DNA of 64,000 nt from Acidobacteriota bacterium (GCA_963663035.1 OY760074.1:3072001-3136000); one strand, 5' to 3'; shown: positions 19,755 through 31,023, counted from the stretch's first letter. The notes: a model not told the origin generated them from the sequence alone. Program-made: numbers and translations.

Positions 19755-22526
19755 CTAAAAAGAGTACTTCAAGGCGATTTCTATTTCTCTGGCTCGTTTG
19801 GCTCCAAAGATCTGGCCGAAGTTGGAGGTTCCGAACTTCGAATCGGGCGCCTCGAAATTGGTGTGATTGAAAGCATTGAAAAGTTGCACGCGGAATTCCA
19901 CCAAACCTCCGTCGTCTGACAGCTTGGTCCGCTTCATAACACTGATGTCCCAGGTCATTTCACCAGGATCCACTAAGATGTTTCTTCCGGAGTTTCCAAA
20001 AGGAAAAAGCGTCAAGTTCGGGTCTGGGTCTGCAAAATCTTCGGTGGCAAACCATTGATCGATGGAGCGCTGTGAGGGGTCCAGAGTTCCCGGGCCGATC
20101 CGGTCGGGCCGATCAGCCGATACACCGTCATTATTGGGGTCCCCGCGAAGAGTCGGGTTAAAGGGACGGCCATCCTCAAATTTGGTGATACCGGAGAGAC
20201 GCCAGCCTTCCAGCAGCCACCCAAGCTTCCCGGCCCAGGCAGTCGGCAGTGAGTTGTCCCGACCAAAAGGTAAATCGATGATGTAGTTCAGGAAGAAGCT
20301 CTTGGACATATTGAAACCGGCAACCGCTCGTTCCGCAGCAAGGTTGCGGGGGTTGGAAGGTTGGCCGTGGTAGCCGTCGCTGAAGGTCCGGTTCCAGGTA
20401 AAACCTGACTGCAGGGAATACCCCTCGGAAAATCGCTTCTTGACCTCAAGCTCCAATTCATGCCCAGCAGAAGACCCGCTCCCCGTCAAGATACTCATAG
20501 CTCCAAAGAAAGGGTTGGGTCTTCGATCCTGGATGGAACCTGGTCCGGGCAAAGGTACATTGGCCGAGGTGTTTCTCGAGTTGCGAGTCTCCTTGGTTCC
20601 CCGATAGGAGAATTCCAGGTTCCAATTCCTGAGAATCTCATTCTGAACAGACAAGGTCCATTCCTGAATGTAGGAGTTTCGGATGTATGGGTCTATGCTC
20701 CGGACGTTTCGCTCTGTAGGCGTCAGGGTCTCAAAGGGATTGGAAAGATCTATTTCTGGGCTAGCGAGTGAAGTATCCGCTACGCTTTCTTCAACAAAGT
20801 AAAAGGGGAAGTTGCGTCCTATAAAGTTTGAAACCTGTCGCTCATAGATCGGGTCGTAATTGATCTGGTAGGAACTCCTGATGACCAGCCGATTGTTGCC
20901 CAGTGGACTGTAAGCCAGGCCGAGGCTAGGTGCCCAATCATTGCGATCGGGGTAGGCTGATTCACCACTGTCCAGCCCTGCCAACCCCAACATGGCAGCT
21001 CGTTCACTGCCGATCACAACCATTTCCCCGTCAAGAGGCGGTTCAAACACCAAGGGGTAAAAGGTGGCAACATTGTCATGAACGGACCGCCAGGGCGGGA
21101 AGTAATTGTAGGTCAGAGACCACGACAAGTTGAACCTGGGGTTAAGCTTCCAATCATCCCGAAAAAAGATTTCCCACTCCTGCCCTCTCAGGTCAGCCCG
21201 GTCAGAACCCACACCTCGCTCCGCTGAAGTTGGAATGCCCAGGAGAAAATCAGCAAAAGCATCACCGGTGTAGTTTCCATCGAAATCAAAACTCCCCCGC
21301 CGCAGTCCACCCGAGCGATTGTCGTTCAGCTGCTTGAAGGCGATCTCTGCGCCGAAGCCGAGCCTGTGTTGCCGGTGTGCGTAAGTAAAAGTTCCGTTGA
21401 ACTCGTATTCGTTCCTGAGAAATTTCCGCGGTAAGTTGGTGCGATCTCCCAAAGTCACGTAGCCCGCCAGGCTAAACTCTGGGTATCCTTCATCCAACTC
21501 GTCAAGAGTACTGACACCTGAAATTCCGAGAGATTCCAGAAGACCGGCCTGACCGGCATTTTGAGACAGGTCCCTATCCAAAGAACGGTTGAACTCGAGA
21601 CGCAGGGAACTCACCAGGCTCTCGCTGAAGGTATGTGTGTAGTCCACCGATACGTTCTGGTTTCGTCTCGCCCCGCTTGAACCAAAGGCCGGAAGAGAGG
21701 CGACCCTGACCGAATCGCCCTCGCTGTAACGGTAGTTGGCGAAAAGTTTGGAGTCCTGACTGAATTCGTAGTCCACTCGAAAGGAAAATTTGTCATTATT
21801 CTCAATCTCGGGCTGGTTGTTGACAAAATTCCTGTTCGAGTCTGCCCGGTTGGGAGAAAGCAGTGTGGGCAGCAGTGTCTGGGCAACCGGGTTTATTCGA
21901 GACTGGGGAATCTGATTGTTCTGGAAAGGCTGGCCCGTCAAAGGATCCACCAGTTGAATCGGGTCTTCTTGAGTCAAAAGGCTACTGAAATCTCCTGCCT
22001 TCATCTCAGGGGTGGGCACATGGGAGAGCTTGGTGGATCCTCGAATGAGGCGCAAGCTGTCGAAATCTCCGGAAACAGTCAGCCGATTGCTCACAAACGC
22101 TCCCAAACTCACCCCGAACTGATTTCGCTTGAACTCGGGCAGCGCTTCACCTACTGGATCAAAAAAATTCCGGGCATCAAAATTATCGTTGCGGTGGAAC
22201 TCGTAAAGTGATCCATAGTACCGCCCCCGCGTTTTCACCCTGAACGGATTCACAATCCCGGAGAGAGACTGGGATTCAGCTCTGGCAGGAGCAAACTCTA
22301 CTACAGCAATTCCGATCTCGTATGCTCCGATGCCGATGAGAGATCCGCCTTCAGGATCTGAAGGCTGAATCTGAGGGTTCTCCGGCTGGTCCTGGGTGGG
22401 AGGCAAGGCCGTGTCGGGCCCTTCCTGTTCCGCATTTTCCGCTGCGGCCTGTTCCACCTGTGCCGCTCCCTGAAGCAGAGCAGGGGCCAGGAAGACAATC
22501 AGGACAACTCCAAGGAAGGCTCTCAT
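19755..22526 (-). CDS. Oar-like TonB-dependent outer-membrane barrel protein with short N-terminus
   Basis: GSLYEFHRNDNFDARNFF, RNQFG, FADFLLG, FNAFNHTNF, C-terminal LKYSF. Confidence 0.85.
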   Translation of the reverse strand: MRAFLGVVLIVFLAPALLQGAAQVEQAAAENAEQEGPDTALPPTQDQPENPQIQPSDPEGGSLIGIGAYEIGIAVVEFAPARAESQSLSGIVNPFRVKTRGRYYGSLYEFHRNDNFDARNFFDPVGEALPEFKRNQFGVSLGAFVSNRLTVSGDFDSLRLIRGSTKLSHVPTPEMKAGDFSSLLTQEDPIQLVDPLTGQPFQNNQIPQSRINPVAQTLLPTLLSPNRADSNRNFVNNQPEIENNDKFSFRVDYEFSQDSKLFANYRYSEGDSVRVASLPAFGSSGARRNQNVSVDYTHTFSESLVSSLRLEFNRSLDRDLSQNAGQAGLLESLGISGVSTLDELDEGYPEFSLAGYVTLGDRTNLPRKFLRNEYEFNGTFTYAHRQHRLGFGAEIAFKQLNDNRSGGLRRGSFDFDGNYTGDAFADFLLGIPTSAERGVGSDRADLRGQEWEIFFRDDWKLNPRFNLSWSLTYNYFPPWRSVHDNVATFYPLVFEPPLDGEMVVIGSERAAMLGLAGLDSGESAYPDRNDWAPSLGLAYSPLGNNRLVIRSSYQINYDPIYERQVSNFIGRNFPFYFVEESVADTSLASPEIDLSNPFETLTPTERNVRSIDPYIRNSYIQEWTLSVQNEILRNWNLEFSYRGTKETRNSRNTSANVPLPGPGSIQDRRPNPFFGAMSILTGSGSSAGHELELEVKKRFSEGYSLQSGFTWNRTFSDGYHGQPSNPRNLAAERAVAGFNMSKSFFLNYIIDLPFGRDNSLPTAWAGKLGWLLEGWRLSGITKFEDGRPFNPTLRGDPNNDGVSADRPDRIGPGTLDPSQRSIDQWFATEDFADPDPNLTLFPFGNSGRNILVDPGEMTWDISVMKRTKLSDDGGLVEFRVQLFNAFNHTNFEAPDSKFGTSNFGQIFGAKRAREIEIALKYSF

Positions 22527-22536
22527 AGTCCTGCTA

Positions 22537-23268
22537 CTATAAGACAAGCTCACCATCCAGTACCATCCCCTTGACCAGAAACGTGGCCCTTAATTGCGGA
22601 CTTGCACCAGGGACCTCCAAGAGCTCAAAGGTGACGCCTTCGCTCTCTGGAGAGACCACCGGGATCCCGTCGACTTCTCTAGGGAATACAAATTTGGCTC
22701 CCACACCCTCTTCGCGAGGTGGAAAATAAGCAGACAACGCCACCTGGGAAAACTGCTCCGTAGACAGAAACGCTCTGTTTCTCAGGGTCTGGGTCGTTTC
22801 ACTTTGGAAAAACTGTCTAACCTCGCTTTCCTCAGCGGGATCGTTAGAACGAAAGCTGACCGCTACTACAATCCAATTTTCCACATCCAATTCTAGTCCG
22901 GGTCGGGTCAACTCATCGAACTGTTGCTTTTCTTCGTCTGTCAATTGGTCATACCCGAACTGGATCTGCTGAACGCGAGTGTAGGCTTCGCGGATGGGGC
23001 GAGCTGAGAGAAAGCGGACAAAAAAGGTGTTGTAGATCTCCTTTTCGCCCGATACCCCACTTCCCACGCCACTCACCACGCGAGTGAACGTTTCGTTGCG
23101 GGCCCAGGCGGACGAGTTCAAAATTTCAATGGCGTCCGATAGGGACCATTCCGCAAAAGATTCCAGCCGAACAGGGCCTCCCCATGCAGCTGCCATGCCC
23201 AACGTTAAAGTGAGAAAGAGAACTAATAAACGCAAACGCTTCCCTCCGATCATCAAATGCTCAGCCAT
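22537..23268 (-). CDS. Hypothetical exported protein
   Basis: Signal-like segment then soluble domain; immediately upstream of the barrel gene; start uncertain. Confidence 0.65.
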   Translation of the reverse strand: MAEHLMIGGKRLRLLVLFLTLTLGMAAAWGGPVRLESFAEWSLSDAIEILNSSAWARNETFTRVVSGVGSGVSGEKEIYNTFFVRFLSARPIREAYTRVQQIQFGYDQLTDEEKQQFDELTRPGLELDVENWIVVAVSFRSNDPAEESEVRQFFQSETTQTLRNRAFLSTEQFSQVALSAYFPPREEGVGAKFVFPREVDGIPVVSPESEGVTFELLEVPGASPQLRATFLVKGMVLDGELVL

Positions 23269-23460
23269 TAAGACCAACCGGTGCGGCTGAGCCTCTTCTT
23301 GGCGTATGGTAAGGGCTCTCGGTGTTGGTCTTGGCGGTTCTCCTCCAAGACACAATTCTGGAAATCTTCCCCAATCTGGGAGTCCTTCCAATCTCATTAT
23401 ACGTCACAGGTCTGTTTTCACGAAGCTACCTAGGGTGAATACTGTGGCGGGGACTCCCTT

Positions 23461-25287
23461 TCACTCGACTGTCACTGCTTTGGCCAGGTTTCGCGGTTGG
23501 TCAATTTCGCAGCTATTCTCTCTGGCAATATAGTAGGCCAAAAGTTGCAAAGGCACCACCATGAGAAGAGGCAGGAGGATTTCATCGGTGGCAGGAACCT
23601 CAATAAAGTCGTCGCAAATCTCCTGGAGATCCGTATCTCCTTCCGTTCCCACGGCAATGACCCGCCCGTTTCTGGCCTTAACCTCCTGAATGTTGCTGAC
23701 CATCTTCTCGTATGTACTGTCGCGTGGAGCCAGACAGACCGAGGGGAAATTCTCGTCGATGAGAGCGATGGGCCCGTGTTTCATTTCACCCGCAGCGTAG
23801 CCTTCTGCATGGATATAGGAGATCTCTTTCAGCTTCAGTGCTCCTTCCAGCGCTATGGGATAATTGAATTTGCGGCCCAGATAGAGGAAGCCTTTGTACC
23901 CGTGATAACGCCGCGCGATGTCCTCGATTTGAGAAGTACTCTCAAGAATCCTCCGGATCTTGTCGGGAATCCGCTTGAGATCGGCAATAAAAGCCTGCCC
24001 TTCACTGTTGGACATGCGCTGATGACGAGCCAGGGCCAGGGTAATTAAATAGAGTATGGTCAGCTGTGAAAGAAAGGCTTTTGTGGAGGCCACGCCGATT
24101 TCCGGACCAGCGTGATTGTAAACACCCGCATCCGTTTCCCGGGCTATGCTGCTTCCAACCACATTGACCATTCCCAGAACCAAGGCCCCCTTCCGCTTGG
24201 CCTCCTGAACTGCAGCAAGAGTGTCGGCTGTTTCACCCGACTGGCTGATGGCCAGGACCGCTGTTCCTTCCCTCATGTTCAACTTCCGGTAGCGAAACTC
24301 GGAAGCTAGATCCACTTCCACAGGAATGTCCGTGCAGGTCTCGATGATATAGCGTCCCAGCAATGCAGCGTAGTAAGAGGTCCCCATGGATACAATCATC
24401 AAGCGCTCCATTCCCAGGAATTCATCCCGCACCCGATCCAGGCCTCCCAGCTTAGAAATTCCCTCTTGCTCGATGAGTCGACCGCGCATGGCATTTTCCA
24501 CCGCTTCCGGCTGCTCAAAAATCTCCTTGAGCATGAAGTGAGGAAAGCCCTGCTTTTCGGCAGCTGCAACATCCCACTCCACCTGTTGAGTCTGGCGCAG
24601 GATGCTGTCGTAATTGAGGTTGCTGATGTTGTAGCCACTAGCCTTGAGGACAGCCACGTCATTGTCCTGCAAATAGATCACTTCCTTGGTGTGGCTCACC
24701 AGCGCACTCACATCAGAAGCAGCAAAGACTTCATCTTCTCCAATACCCAGGATGAGAGGACTTCCCTTGCGAGCCACCGCAATTTCCTCCGGATGATCCG
24801 CGCAGATGACACCAATCCCATAAGCTCCTTCAACCAGCCGAAGTGCCGCCTTCACCGCTTCTTCCAGATCGCCTTGATGATGCTCCTCGATTAAGTGTGC
24901 CAGAACTTCTGTGTCCGTATCCGAGGAAAACCGGTGCCCCCGCGACAGCAGTTGCTTCTTCAGGCTTTGGTAGTTTTCTATGATGCCGTTGTGGATGACA
25001 AAGATTTTCTCTCGGCAATCCTTCTGCGGATGAGCATTTTCCACTGAGGCCCGCCCATGGGTGGCCCACCGGGTGTGGGCGATGCCGCCAGAGCCTTGCC
25101 AGGTCACACCAGTCAGATTGGCTTCCAGAGCCTGGATTTTGCCGACCGCCTTTTGGCAGAGGACTTCCCCGCCCTCCATAATCGCCACGCCGCTGGAATC
25201 ATATCCGCGGTACTCCAGCTTCCTGAGTCCCTCCAGCAAAATAGGAAGGGCCGGTCGCTTGCCAAGATAACAGAGAATTCCACACAT
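23461..25287 (-). CDS. glmS: Glutamine-fructose-6-phosphate aminotransferase
   Basis: MCGI, HTRWATHG, SQSGETADT, PRNLAKAVTVE. Confidence 0.98.
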   Translation of the reverse strand: MCGILCYLGKRPALPILLEGLRKLEYRGYDSSGVAIMEGGEVLCQKAVGKIQALEANLTGVTWQGSGGIAHTRWATHGRASVENAHPQKDCREKIFVIHNGIIENYQSLKKQLLSRGHRFSSDTDTEVLAHLIEEHHQGDLEEAVKAALRLVEGAYGIGVICADHPEEIAVARKGSPLILGIGEDEVFAASDVSALVSHTKEVIYLQDNDVAVLKASGYNISNLNYDSILRQTQQVEWDVAAAEKQGFPHFMLKEIFEQPEAVENAMRGRLIEQEGISKLGGLDRVRDEFLGMERLMIVSMGTSYYAALLGRYIIETCTDIPVEVDLASEFRYRKLNMREGTAVLAISQSGETADTLAAVQEAKRKGALVLGMVNVVGSSIARETDAGVYNHAGPEIGVASTKAFLSQLTILYLITLALARHQRMSNSEGQAFIADLKRIPDKIRRILESTSQIEDIARRYHGYKGFLYLGRKFNYPIALEGALKLKEISYIHAEGYAAGEMKHGPIALIDENFPSVCLAPRDSTYEKMVSNIQEVKARNGRVIAVGTEGDTDLQEICDDFIEVPATDEILLPLLMVVPLQLLAYYIARENSCEIDQPRNLAKAVTVE

Positions 25288-25366
25288 AGGCCTAGCTTCT
25301 AGCTTTTAGCTTAGCAGAAGAGGAGTCTGGGTGTTTTAGAATGGAGGTTCGAGAAGAATTTCTTCT

Positions 25367-25726
25367 TTACAGCATTCCCAGCTGTAATTTGGCAGCCTCT
25401 GACATCATCTCCATGCTCCAGGGAGGATCCCACACCACCTCAACGGATGCCTCGGTGACCCCGGAAACCTTGCCGATTTTGGACTCCACTTCCGGAGGCA
25501 GTGATTCAGCAACCGGGCACATGGGAGAGGTCAGGGTCATCTTCAGTTCAACCGCTCCCGAGGGTTTCACATCGATGTCATACACCAACCCCAACTCATA
25601 GATATCCACCGGAATTTCCGGGTCATAAACCGTCCGCAGGACAGCGACGATATTTTCTTTGATCTCGTCGCTGCCGGCCGATTGGCTTGCATCTGCTGGC
25701 TGCTGCTGGTTAGATTGCTCTTCCAT
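25367..25726 (-). CDS. sufT: SufT/DUF59 Fe-S assembly protein
   Basis: VYDPEIPVDIYELGLVY, MTLTSPMCP, WDPPW; last gene of suf operon. Confidence 0.88.
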   Translation of the reverse strand: MEEQSNQQQPADASQSAGSDEIKENIVAVLRTVYDPEIPVDIYELGLVYDIDVKPSGAVELKMTLTSPMCPVAESLPPEVESKIGKVSGVTEASVEVVWDPPWSMEMMSEAAKLQLGML

Positions 25727-25740
25727 AAGGTTCTCCCCTC

Positions 25741-26184
25741 TCATTCTGTAGAAACGGACTGTTCTTTCTCCTGCAACGCCGCCTTCAGCGTATGCCAGAC
25801 CAGAGTGGCACACTTGACCCGAACCGGAAATTCACTGACGCCGTGAAATACCGCCAGCTTTCCCAACTGCTCAGGTTCACCCCCTTTGCCCGTCACCAGA
25901 GAATGAAATCTCCCAAAGAGAGCTTCAACCTCCATCACACTCTTCCCTTTCAGCGCCTCGGTCATCAGCGAAGCAGAGGCCGTCGAGATGGCGCAGCCCA
26001 CACCCTCAAAGCTGATGTCCTGGACAATTTCATCCTCCAGCTTCAGAAAGACGGTGACCTTGTCGCCACACAGAGGATTATAACCCTCTGCCTTCCGATT
26101 TGCCTCCGGTAGAGTACTGCAATTTCGAGGGTTCTTGCTGTGATCAAGGATAACTTCCTGGTAAAGGTCGTTCAGGTAGGACAC
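25741..26184 (-). CDS. sufU: SufU/NifU-like sulfur transfer protein
   Basis: ILDHSKNPRN, NPLCGD, GCAISTASAS, RVKCATL. Confidence 0.93.
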   Translation of the reverse strand: MSYLNDLYQEVILDHSKNPRNCSTLPEANRKAEGYNPLCGDKVTVFLKLEDEIVQDISFEGVGCAISTASASLMTEALKGKSVMEVEALFGRFHSLVTGKGGEPEQLGKLAVFHGVSEFPVRVKCATLVWHTLKAALQEKEQSVSTE

Positions 26185-26195
26185 TATGCGCTCAC

Positions 26196-27467
26196 TTAGT
26201 TGAAGACCTCGATCACCCCTTGGATTCCCTTAACCAAGGCATCGATTTCTTCCCTCGTATTGTAAAAGGCCAGTGAGACTCGCGCTGTTGCGGGTACCTG
26301 GAAACGGTCCATGGCGGGTTGCGCGCAGTGGTGCCCGGTGCGAACCGCGATGCCCTGCTGATCCAGAATCGTGCCCACGTCATGGGCATGGATACCTTCA
26401 ATCACAAAGGAAACAATGCTGGCCTTCTCTTGGGCTGTTCCAATGATGCGCAAGCCAGATATTGCAGAGAGTTGCTGGGTAGCATACAGGAGAAGCTCCT
26501 TTTCATAGGCGGCAATGTTTTCCAAGCCGATTTCGCTCACATAATCGAGGGCCGCACCGAGTCCGATGCTACCTGCGATGTTGGGCGTCCCGGCTTCAAA
26601 TTTATGGGGGAGAACATTGTAGGTGGTCTTCTCGAAAGTCACCGAGCTGATCATCTCGCCACCCCCCTGATAAGGAGGCATGGAGTCCAGCAAATTGGCT
26701 TTTCCGTAGAGAATCCCCACTCCGGTCGGCCCATAGAGCTTATGCCCGGAGATGGCATAAAAATCACAATCAAGAGCCTGAACATCCACTTCCACATGAG
26801 CAGCCGATTGAGCACCGTCAACAAGTACGGGAACATCCTGCTGGTGGGCTTGCTCGATGATCTCCTGAATCGGGTTGATGGTCCCGATGGCATTGGCAAC
26901 GTGAACCACTGCCACCAGGCGAGTGCGGGAATTGAGAAGCTTCCCATATTCTTCGAGCAATAGCTCTCCCTCATCATTCATTGGGATGACACGCAGGGTG
27001 GCACCCTTTTCCTGACAGAGGATCTGCCAGGGAACAATGTTGGAATGGTGCTCCATGGCGGAGACAATCACTTCATCTCCAGCTTGCACATGTTCCCGGC
27101 CATAGGTTTGGGCAACCAGATTAATGGCTTCAGTGGCACTGCGGACAAAAATGATTTCTCGTGACTCCGCTGCATTGATGAAACGCTGTACCTTGACCCG
27201 TGCTCGCTCGTAGCCGTCAGTGGCCCTCTGGCTCAAAAGATACACACCGCGATGAATATTGGAGTTATCCCTCGTATAGTAGTGATTGATGGTATCAATA
27301 ACCACCTGTGGCTTCTGGGTTGTCGCCGCACTGTCCAGGTACACAAGGGGCTTACCGTAGATCTTTTCTCTCAAGATCGGGAAGTCTGCCCGGACCTTCT
27401 CCACATCAAGCTTCGAACTCACACCTCGATAGGAATCTGTCTCCCTGATCTGCTGGCCTGCCTTCAT
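26196..27467 (-). CDS. sufS: Cysteine desulfurase, SufS type
   Basis: YLDSAATTQKP, SGHKLYGPTG, RTGHHCAQP. Confidence 0.96.
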   Translation of the reverse strand: MKAGQQIRETDSYRGVSSKLDVEKVRADFPILREKIYGKPLVYLDSAATTQKPQVVIDTINHYYTRDNSNIHRGVYLLSQRATDGYERARVKVQRFINAAESREIIFVRSATEAINLVAQTYGREHVQAGDEVIVSAMEHHSNIVPWQILCQEKGATLRVIPMNDEGELLLEEYGKLLNSRTRLVAVVHVANAIGTINPIQEIIEQAHQQDVPVLVDGAQSAAHVEVDVQALDCDFYAISGHKLYGPTGVGILYGKANLLDSMPPYQGGGEMISSVTFEKTTYNVLPHKFEAGTPNIAGSIGLGAALDYVSEIGLENIAAYEKELLLYATQQLSAISGLRIIGTAQEKASIVSFVIEGIHAHDVGTILDQQGIAVRTGHHCAQPAMDRFQVPATARVSLAFYNTREEIDALVKGIQGVIEVFN

Positions 27468-28813
27468 TAAACTGCCTCCTGGACGAGATGGCCTTCCGGG
27501 AGCCAGGAGAAGAGATAGTTCTCAAGCTCGTTGCGCACGGCTGCAACCTTGATCCGACTCACCACCTGGTTGGCAAAGGCATAAATCAAAAGACTGCGGG
27601 CAGTAGTCTGGTCGATCCCGCGAGAGCGCAGGTAAAAAAGCGCATTTTGGTCGAGCTGGCCAATGGTCGCTCCATGGGTGCACTTCACGTCATTTGCGTA
27701 GATCTCCAACTGCGGCTTCGTGTTAATCAGAGCATCGTCCGAAAGCAAGAGGTTGTTGTTGGTTTGTTTGGAGTCTGTTTTCTGAGCACCTGGGAGCACC
27801 ACGATTCGGCCGTGGAATACTCCAGTCGCTTTCTCGTCCAGAATCCCTTTATAGATCTCCCGACTGTCGCAGTGCGGCTTGGCATGCTCGAGTCGAGTAT
27901 GGTTGTCCACGTGTTGCCGGCCGGAAATTAGATAGAGTCCTTCCAGGCTGCACTCCGCACCTTCTCCATCCAGCACAATGTTGACTTCATTCCTGGTGAG
28001 GGCTCCGCCCAGTGTGGCGTTGAAAGTCCTGACGCTGCTGCTGCGATCCTGGTGCACTTGCAAAGTAGCAATGTGGAATGCCTTCTTGCTCTCATGGTGC
28101 AATTTGTAGTGATCAACTACCGCGTTCTCCTCGGCCACGATCTCCGTCACCGAGTTCGTGAAATAGACCGCCTCTGGCAAGCCCACATAACTTTCCACAA
28201 AAGTGACCTGGCTGTTGCACCCCACCAGGATCAAATTCCGTGGATGGAGCACTACCGCTTCTTCAGTTGCCGTCGAGAGGAACAACAAATGAATCGGTTC
28301 CTGGACCACCTCTCCCTTGGGAATATGAACCCAGGCTCCATCCTGGAACGAAGCCGTGTTGAGGGCCACGAATGAATGATCCTCATAGCGAGCGTGCCGG
28401 GTGAGGTGGGGTTTCACCAAATCTGGATTCTGCTGAAGAACTTCGGCAAGACTCTCCACCTGAACCGCCTCCGGCAGCCCTTTCAGTGAAGATAACTCGG
28501 CTGAGTAATGACCGTTGAGGAAGACCAGACGGGGGCATTGCAGATTGCCGAAAATCAGCCCATCCACCCTATCGGCCGACCAACCGTTCAGTTCATAGGC
28601 GGCAGGTTGAAAGGAAGTCCTCCGGATGGGCGCCACTTCGGTATATTTCCACTCTTCCTGGCGAGGTGAAGGAAAGCCGAGTTCAGAGAAACGGAGGATC
28701 GCCGCCTTGCGAATTTGCTCGAGCCAAGTCGGCTGCTTACCGGCTAGTTCCTTTTCCAGCCGCTCAAAGCTGGAAAGGTAAGCTTCGATATTTTTCTTGC
28801 TTCTTCCAGTCAC
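27467..28813 (-). CDS. sufD: Fe-S assembly protein SufD
   Basis: EEWKYT, KPQLEIYANDVKCTHGAT, FYLRSRGI. Confidence 0.95.
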   Translation of the reverse strand: MTGRSKKNIEAYLSSFERLEKELAGKQPTWLEQIRKAAILRFSELGFPSPRQEEWKYTEVAPIRRTSFQPAAYELNGWSADRVDGLIFGNLQCPRLVFLNGHYSAELSSLKGLPEAVQVESLAEVLQQNPDLVKPHLTRHARYEDHSFVALNTASFQDGAWVHIPKGEVVQEPIHLLFLSTATEEAVVLHPRNLILVGCNSQVTFVESYVGLPEAVYFTNSVTEIVAEENAVVDHYKLHHESKKAFHIATLQVHQDRSSSVRTFNATLGGALTRNEVNIVLDGEGAECSLEGLYLISGRQHVDNHTRLEHAKPHCDSREIYKGILDEKATGVFHGRIVVLPGAQKTDSKQTNNNLLLSDDALINTKPQLEIYANDVKCTHGATIGQLDQNALFYLRSRGIDQTTARSLLIYAFANQVVSRIKVAAVRNELENYLFSWLPEGHLVQEAV

Positions 28814-29574
28814 GACTTCACTGCGCTCGCAGCCTCTTCTTTCAGCCAGGAGTAGCCCTTCTCTTCCAATTCTAAGGCTAGACTCTTGTCACCCGACCTG
28901 ACGATTTGGCCATTGTAGAGAACATGGACCCGGTCGGGAACGATGTAGTTCAACAAGCGCTGATAATGGGTCACCACGAGAAAAGCCCGCTCCGGGCTGC
29001 GCAGAGAATTCACCCCGGCGGCAACAATCTGCATTGCGTCAATGTCCAAACCCGAGTCCGTTTCATCTAAAATCGCTAATTTCGGCTCCAACACGGCCAT
29101 TTGGAAAATCTCATTGCGTTTTTTCTCTCCACCTGAAAAGCCCTCGTTCACAGGTCGGCCGATGAGGGCCTCATCTATCTTGAAGAGCTTCATCTTTTCC
29201 TTGATCAGGGCTAGGAAATCCATGGCATCGACCTCTTCCTCACCACGCTCCTTGCGCAGGGCGTTCAGTCCTGCTTTCAGAAAGTAAGTGTTACTCACGC
29301 CGGGAATCTCCACTGGATACTGAAAGGCCAAAAAGACCCCCTGACGGGCGCGCTCTTCAGGGGCCATCTCCAAGAGATCCTTTCCTTGGTAGATCACTTC
29401 ACCGGCCGTGACTTCATAGGTTTCTCGTCCCGCCAGCACTTGAGCCAGGGTGCTCTTGCCGGAGCCATTGGGTCCCATAATCGAATGAACCTCGCCTGCT
29501 TCAATCTTCAGGTCAATCCCTCGCAGGATCTCCTTGTCATCCGCCTTCACATGTAAGTTCTTGATTTCCAGCAC
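28810..29574 (-). CDS. sufC: Fe-S assembly ATPase SufC
   Basis: GPNGSGKSTL, FSGGEKKR, LDETDSGLD. Confidence 0.97.
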   Translation of the reverse strand: MLEIKNLHVKADDKEILRGIDLKIEAGEVHSIMGPNGSGKSTLAQVLAGRETYEVTAGEVIYQGKDLLEMAPEERARQGVFLAFQYPVEIPGVSNTYFLKAGLNALRKERGEEEVDAMDFLALIKEKMKLFKIDEALIGRPVNEGFSGGEKKRNEIFQMAVLEPKLAILDETDSGLDIDAMQIVAAGVNSLRSPERAFLVVTHYQRLLNYIVPDRVHVLYNGQIVRSGDKSLALELEEKGYSWLKEEAASAVKS

Positions 29575-31023
29575 TTAGCCAACACTCCCTTCCAGATTCA
29601 CGCTGAGTAGCTTTTGGGCCTCTACAGCAAACTCCATGGGCAACTCCTTGAAAACCTTCTTGCAGAAACCGTTGACAATCATTGAAACCGCATCCTCAGT
29701 TGAAAGTCCTCGCGACTGGCAGTAAAAGATTTGATCGTCTCCGATTTTCGACGTCGAAGCTTCATGCTCCATGTGAGCAGTGCTGTTTTTAACCTCGATA
29801 TAGGGAAAGGTATGGGCTCCGCATTGGTCACCGATCAGCATGGAATCACACTGCGTGTAGTTGCGGGCACCTGTTGCACTTTTGCTAAATCTGATCAGGC
29901 CACGATAGGTATTTTGGCCGTGTCCGGCAGAGATTCCTTTGGAGACAACATTACTGCGGGTGTTTTTCCCAATGTGGATCATCTTGGTTCCCGTGTCGGC
30001 CTGCTGTCTTTTCTTAGTCAAAGCAACGGAATAGAATTCCCCGATGGAATTATCCCCCAACAAAATAACGCTGGGATACTTCCAGGTAATGGCTGATCCG
30101 GTTTCCACCTGGGTCCAGGAAATCTTGGAATTGCGGCCCAAGCATTTGCCTCGCTTGGTCACAAAGTTATAGATACCGCCCTTACCCTCATCATCCCCTG
30201 GGTACCAGTTCTGAATGGTGGAATACTTGATTTGAGCATCATCCAGAGCGATCAATTCCACCACTGCAGCATGCAGCTGATTTTCATCACGCATGGGCGC
30301 GGTGCAGCCTTCCAGATAGCTGACATAACTTCCCTTCTCAGCGATGATCAGGGTCCGCTCGAACTGACCGGTGTTCTTGGCATTAATCCGAAAGTAGGTG
30401 GATAACTCCATGGGGCAGCGCACACCTTCAGGGATGTAGCAGAAGGAGCCGTCACTGAAGACTGCCGCGTTCAAAGATGCAAAGAAATTATCGGTATGAG
30501 GAACCACGGACCCCAGATACTTCTTCACCAGATCGGGGTGGTTCTGTACCGCTTCAGAAAAGGAGCAAAAGATAATCCCCAGTTCGCCCAGCTTCTCCTT
30601 ATACGTTGTTGCCACCGAGACGCTGTCAAAGACCGCATCTACGGCAACCCCAGCCAAAAACTCCTGCTCCTCCAGCGGAATCCCCAGCTTTTTGTAGGTT
30701 TCCAGCAGCTCCGGATCCACCTCATCCAGGCTCTGAGGCCCATCTCCCGCCTTCTTGGGCGCCGAGTAATAGACAATGCTCTGGTAATCGATGGGTGAGT
30801 AACGGACATTGGGCCACCTGGGCTCTGTCATGGTGAGCCAGTGTTTGTACGCCTTCAGACGCCATTTCAGCATGAACTCCGGTTCTTTCTTCTTGGCTGA
30901 AATGAAACGAATGATCTCCTCATTTAAACCCGGCGGCGCCGAATCCGTTTCCACGTCTGTGTAGAAACCGTATTTATACTCCTGATTTGCAAGATCCTCG
31001 ATTTGCTGTGTTTCAGTTGACAT
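29575..31023 (-). CDS. sufB: Fe-S assembly protein SufB
   Basis: [34 protein letters not shown]. Confidence 0.97.
   Translation of the reverse strand: MSTETQQIEDLANQEYKYGFYTDVETDSAPPGLNEEIIRFISAKKKEPEFMLKWRLKAYKHWLTMTEPRWPNVRYSPIDYQSIVYYSAPKKAGDGPQSLDEVDPELLETYKKLGIPLEEQEFLAGVAVDAVFDSVSVATTYKEKLGELGIIFCSFSEAVQNHPDLVKKYLGSVVPHTDNFFASLNAAVFSDGSFCYIPEGVRCPMELSTYFRINAKNTGQFERTLIIAEKGSYVSYLEGCTAPMRDENQLHAAVVELIALDDAQIKYSTIQNWYPGDDEGKGGIYNFVTKRGKCLGRNSKISWTQVETGSAITWKYPSVILLGDNSIGEFYSVALTKKRQQADTGTKMIHIGKNTRSNVVSKGISAGHGQNTYRGLIRFSKSATGARNYTQCDSMLIGDQCGAHTFPYIEVKNSTAHMEHEASTSKIGDDQIFYCQSRGLSTEDAVSMIVNGFCKKVFKELPMEFAVEAQKLLSVNLEGSVG

Noticed and set aside
25288-25366. Possible glmS ribozyme
   Set aside because: Gap too short; contains only degenerate heptamer repeats (TAGCTTY)
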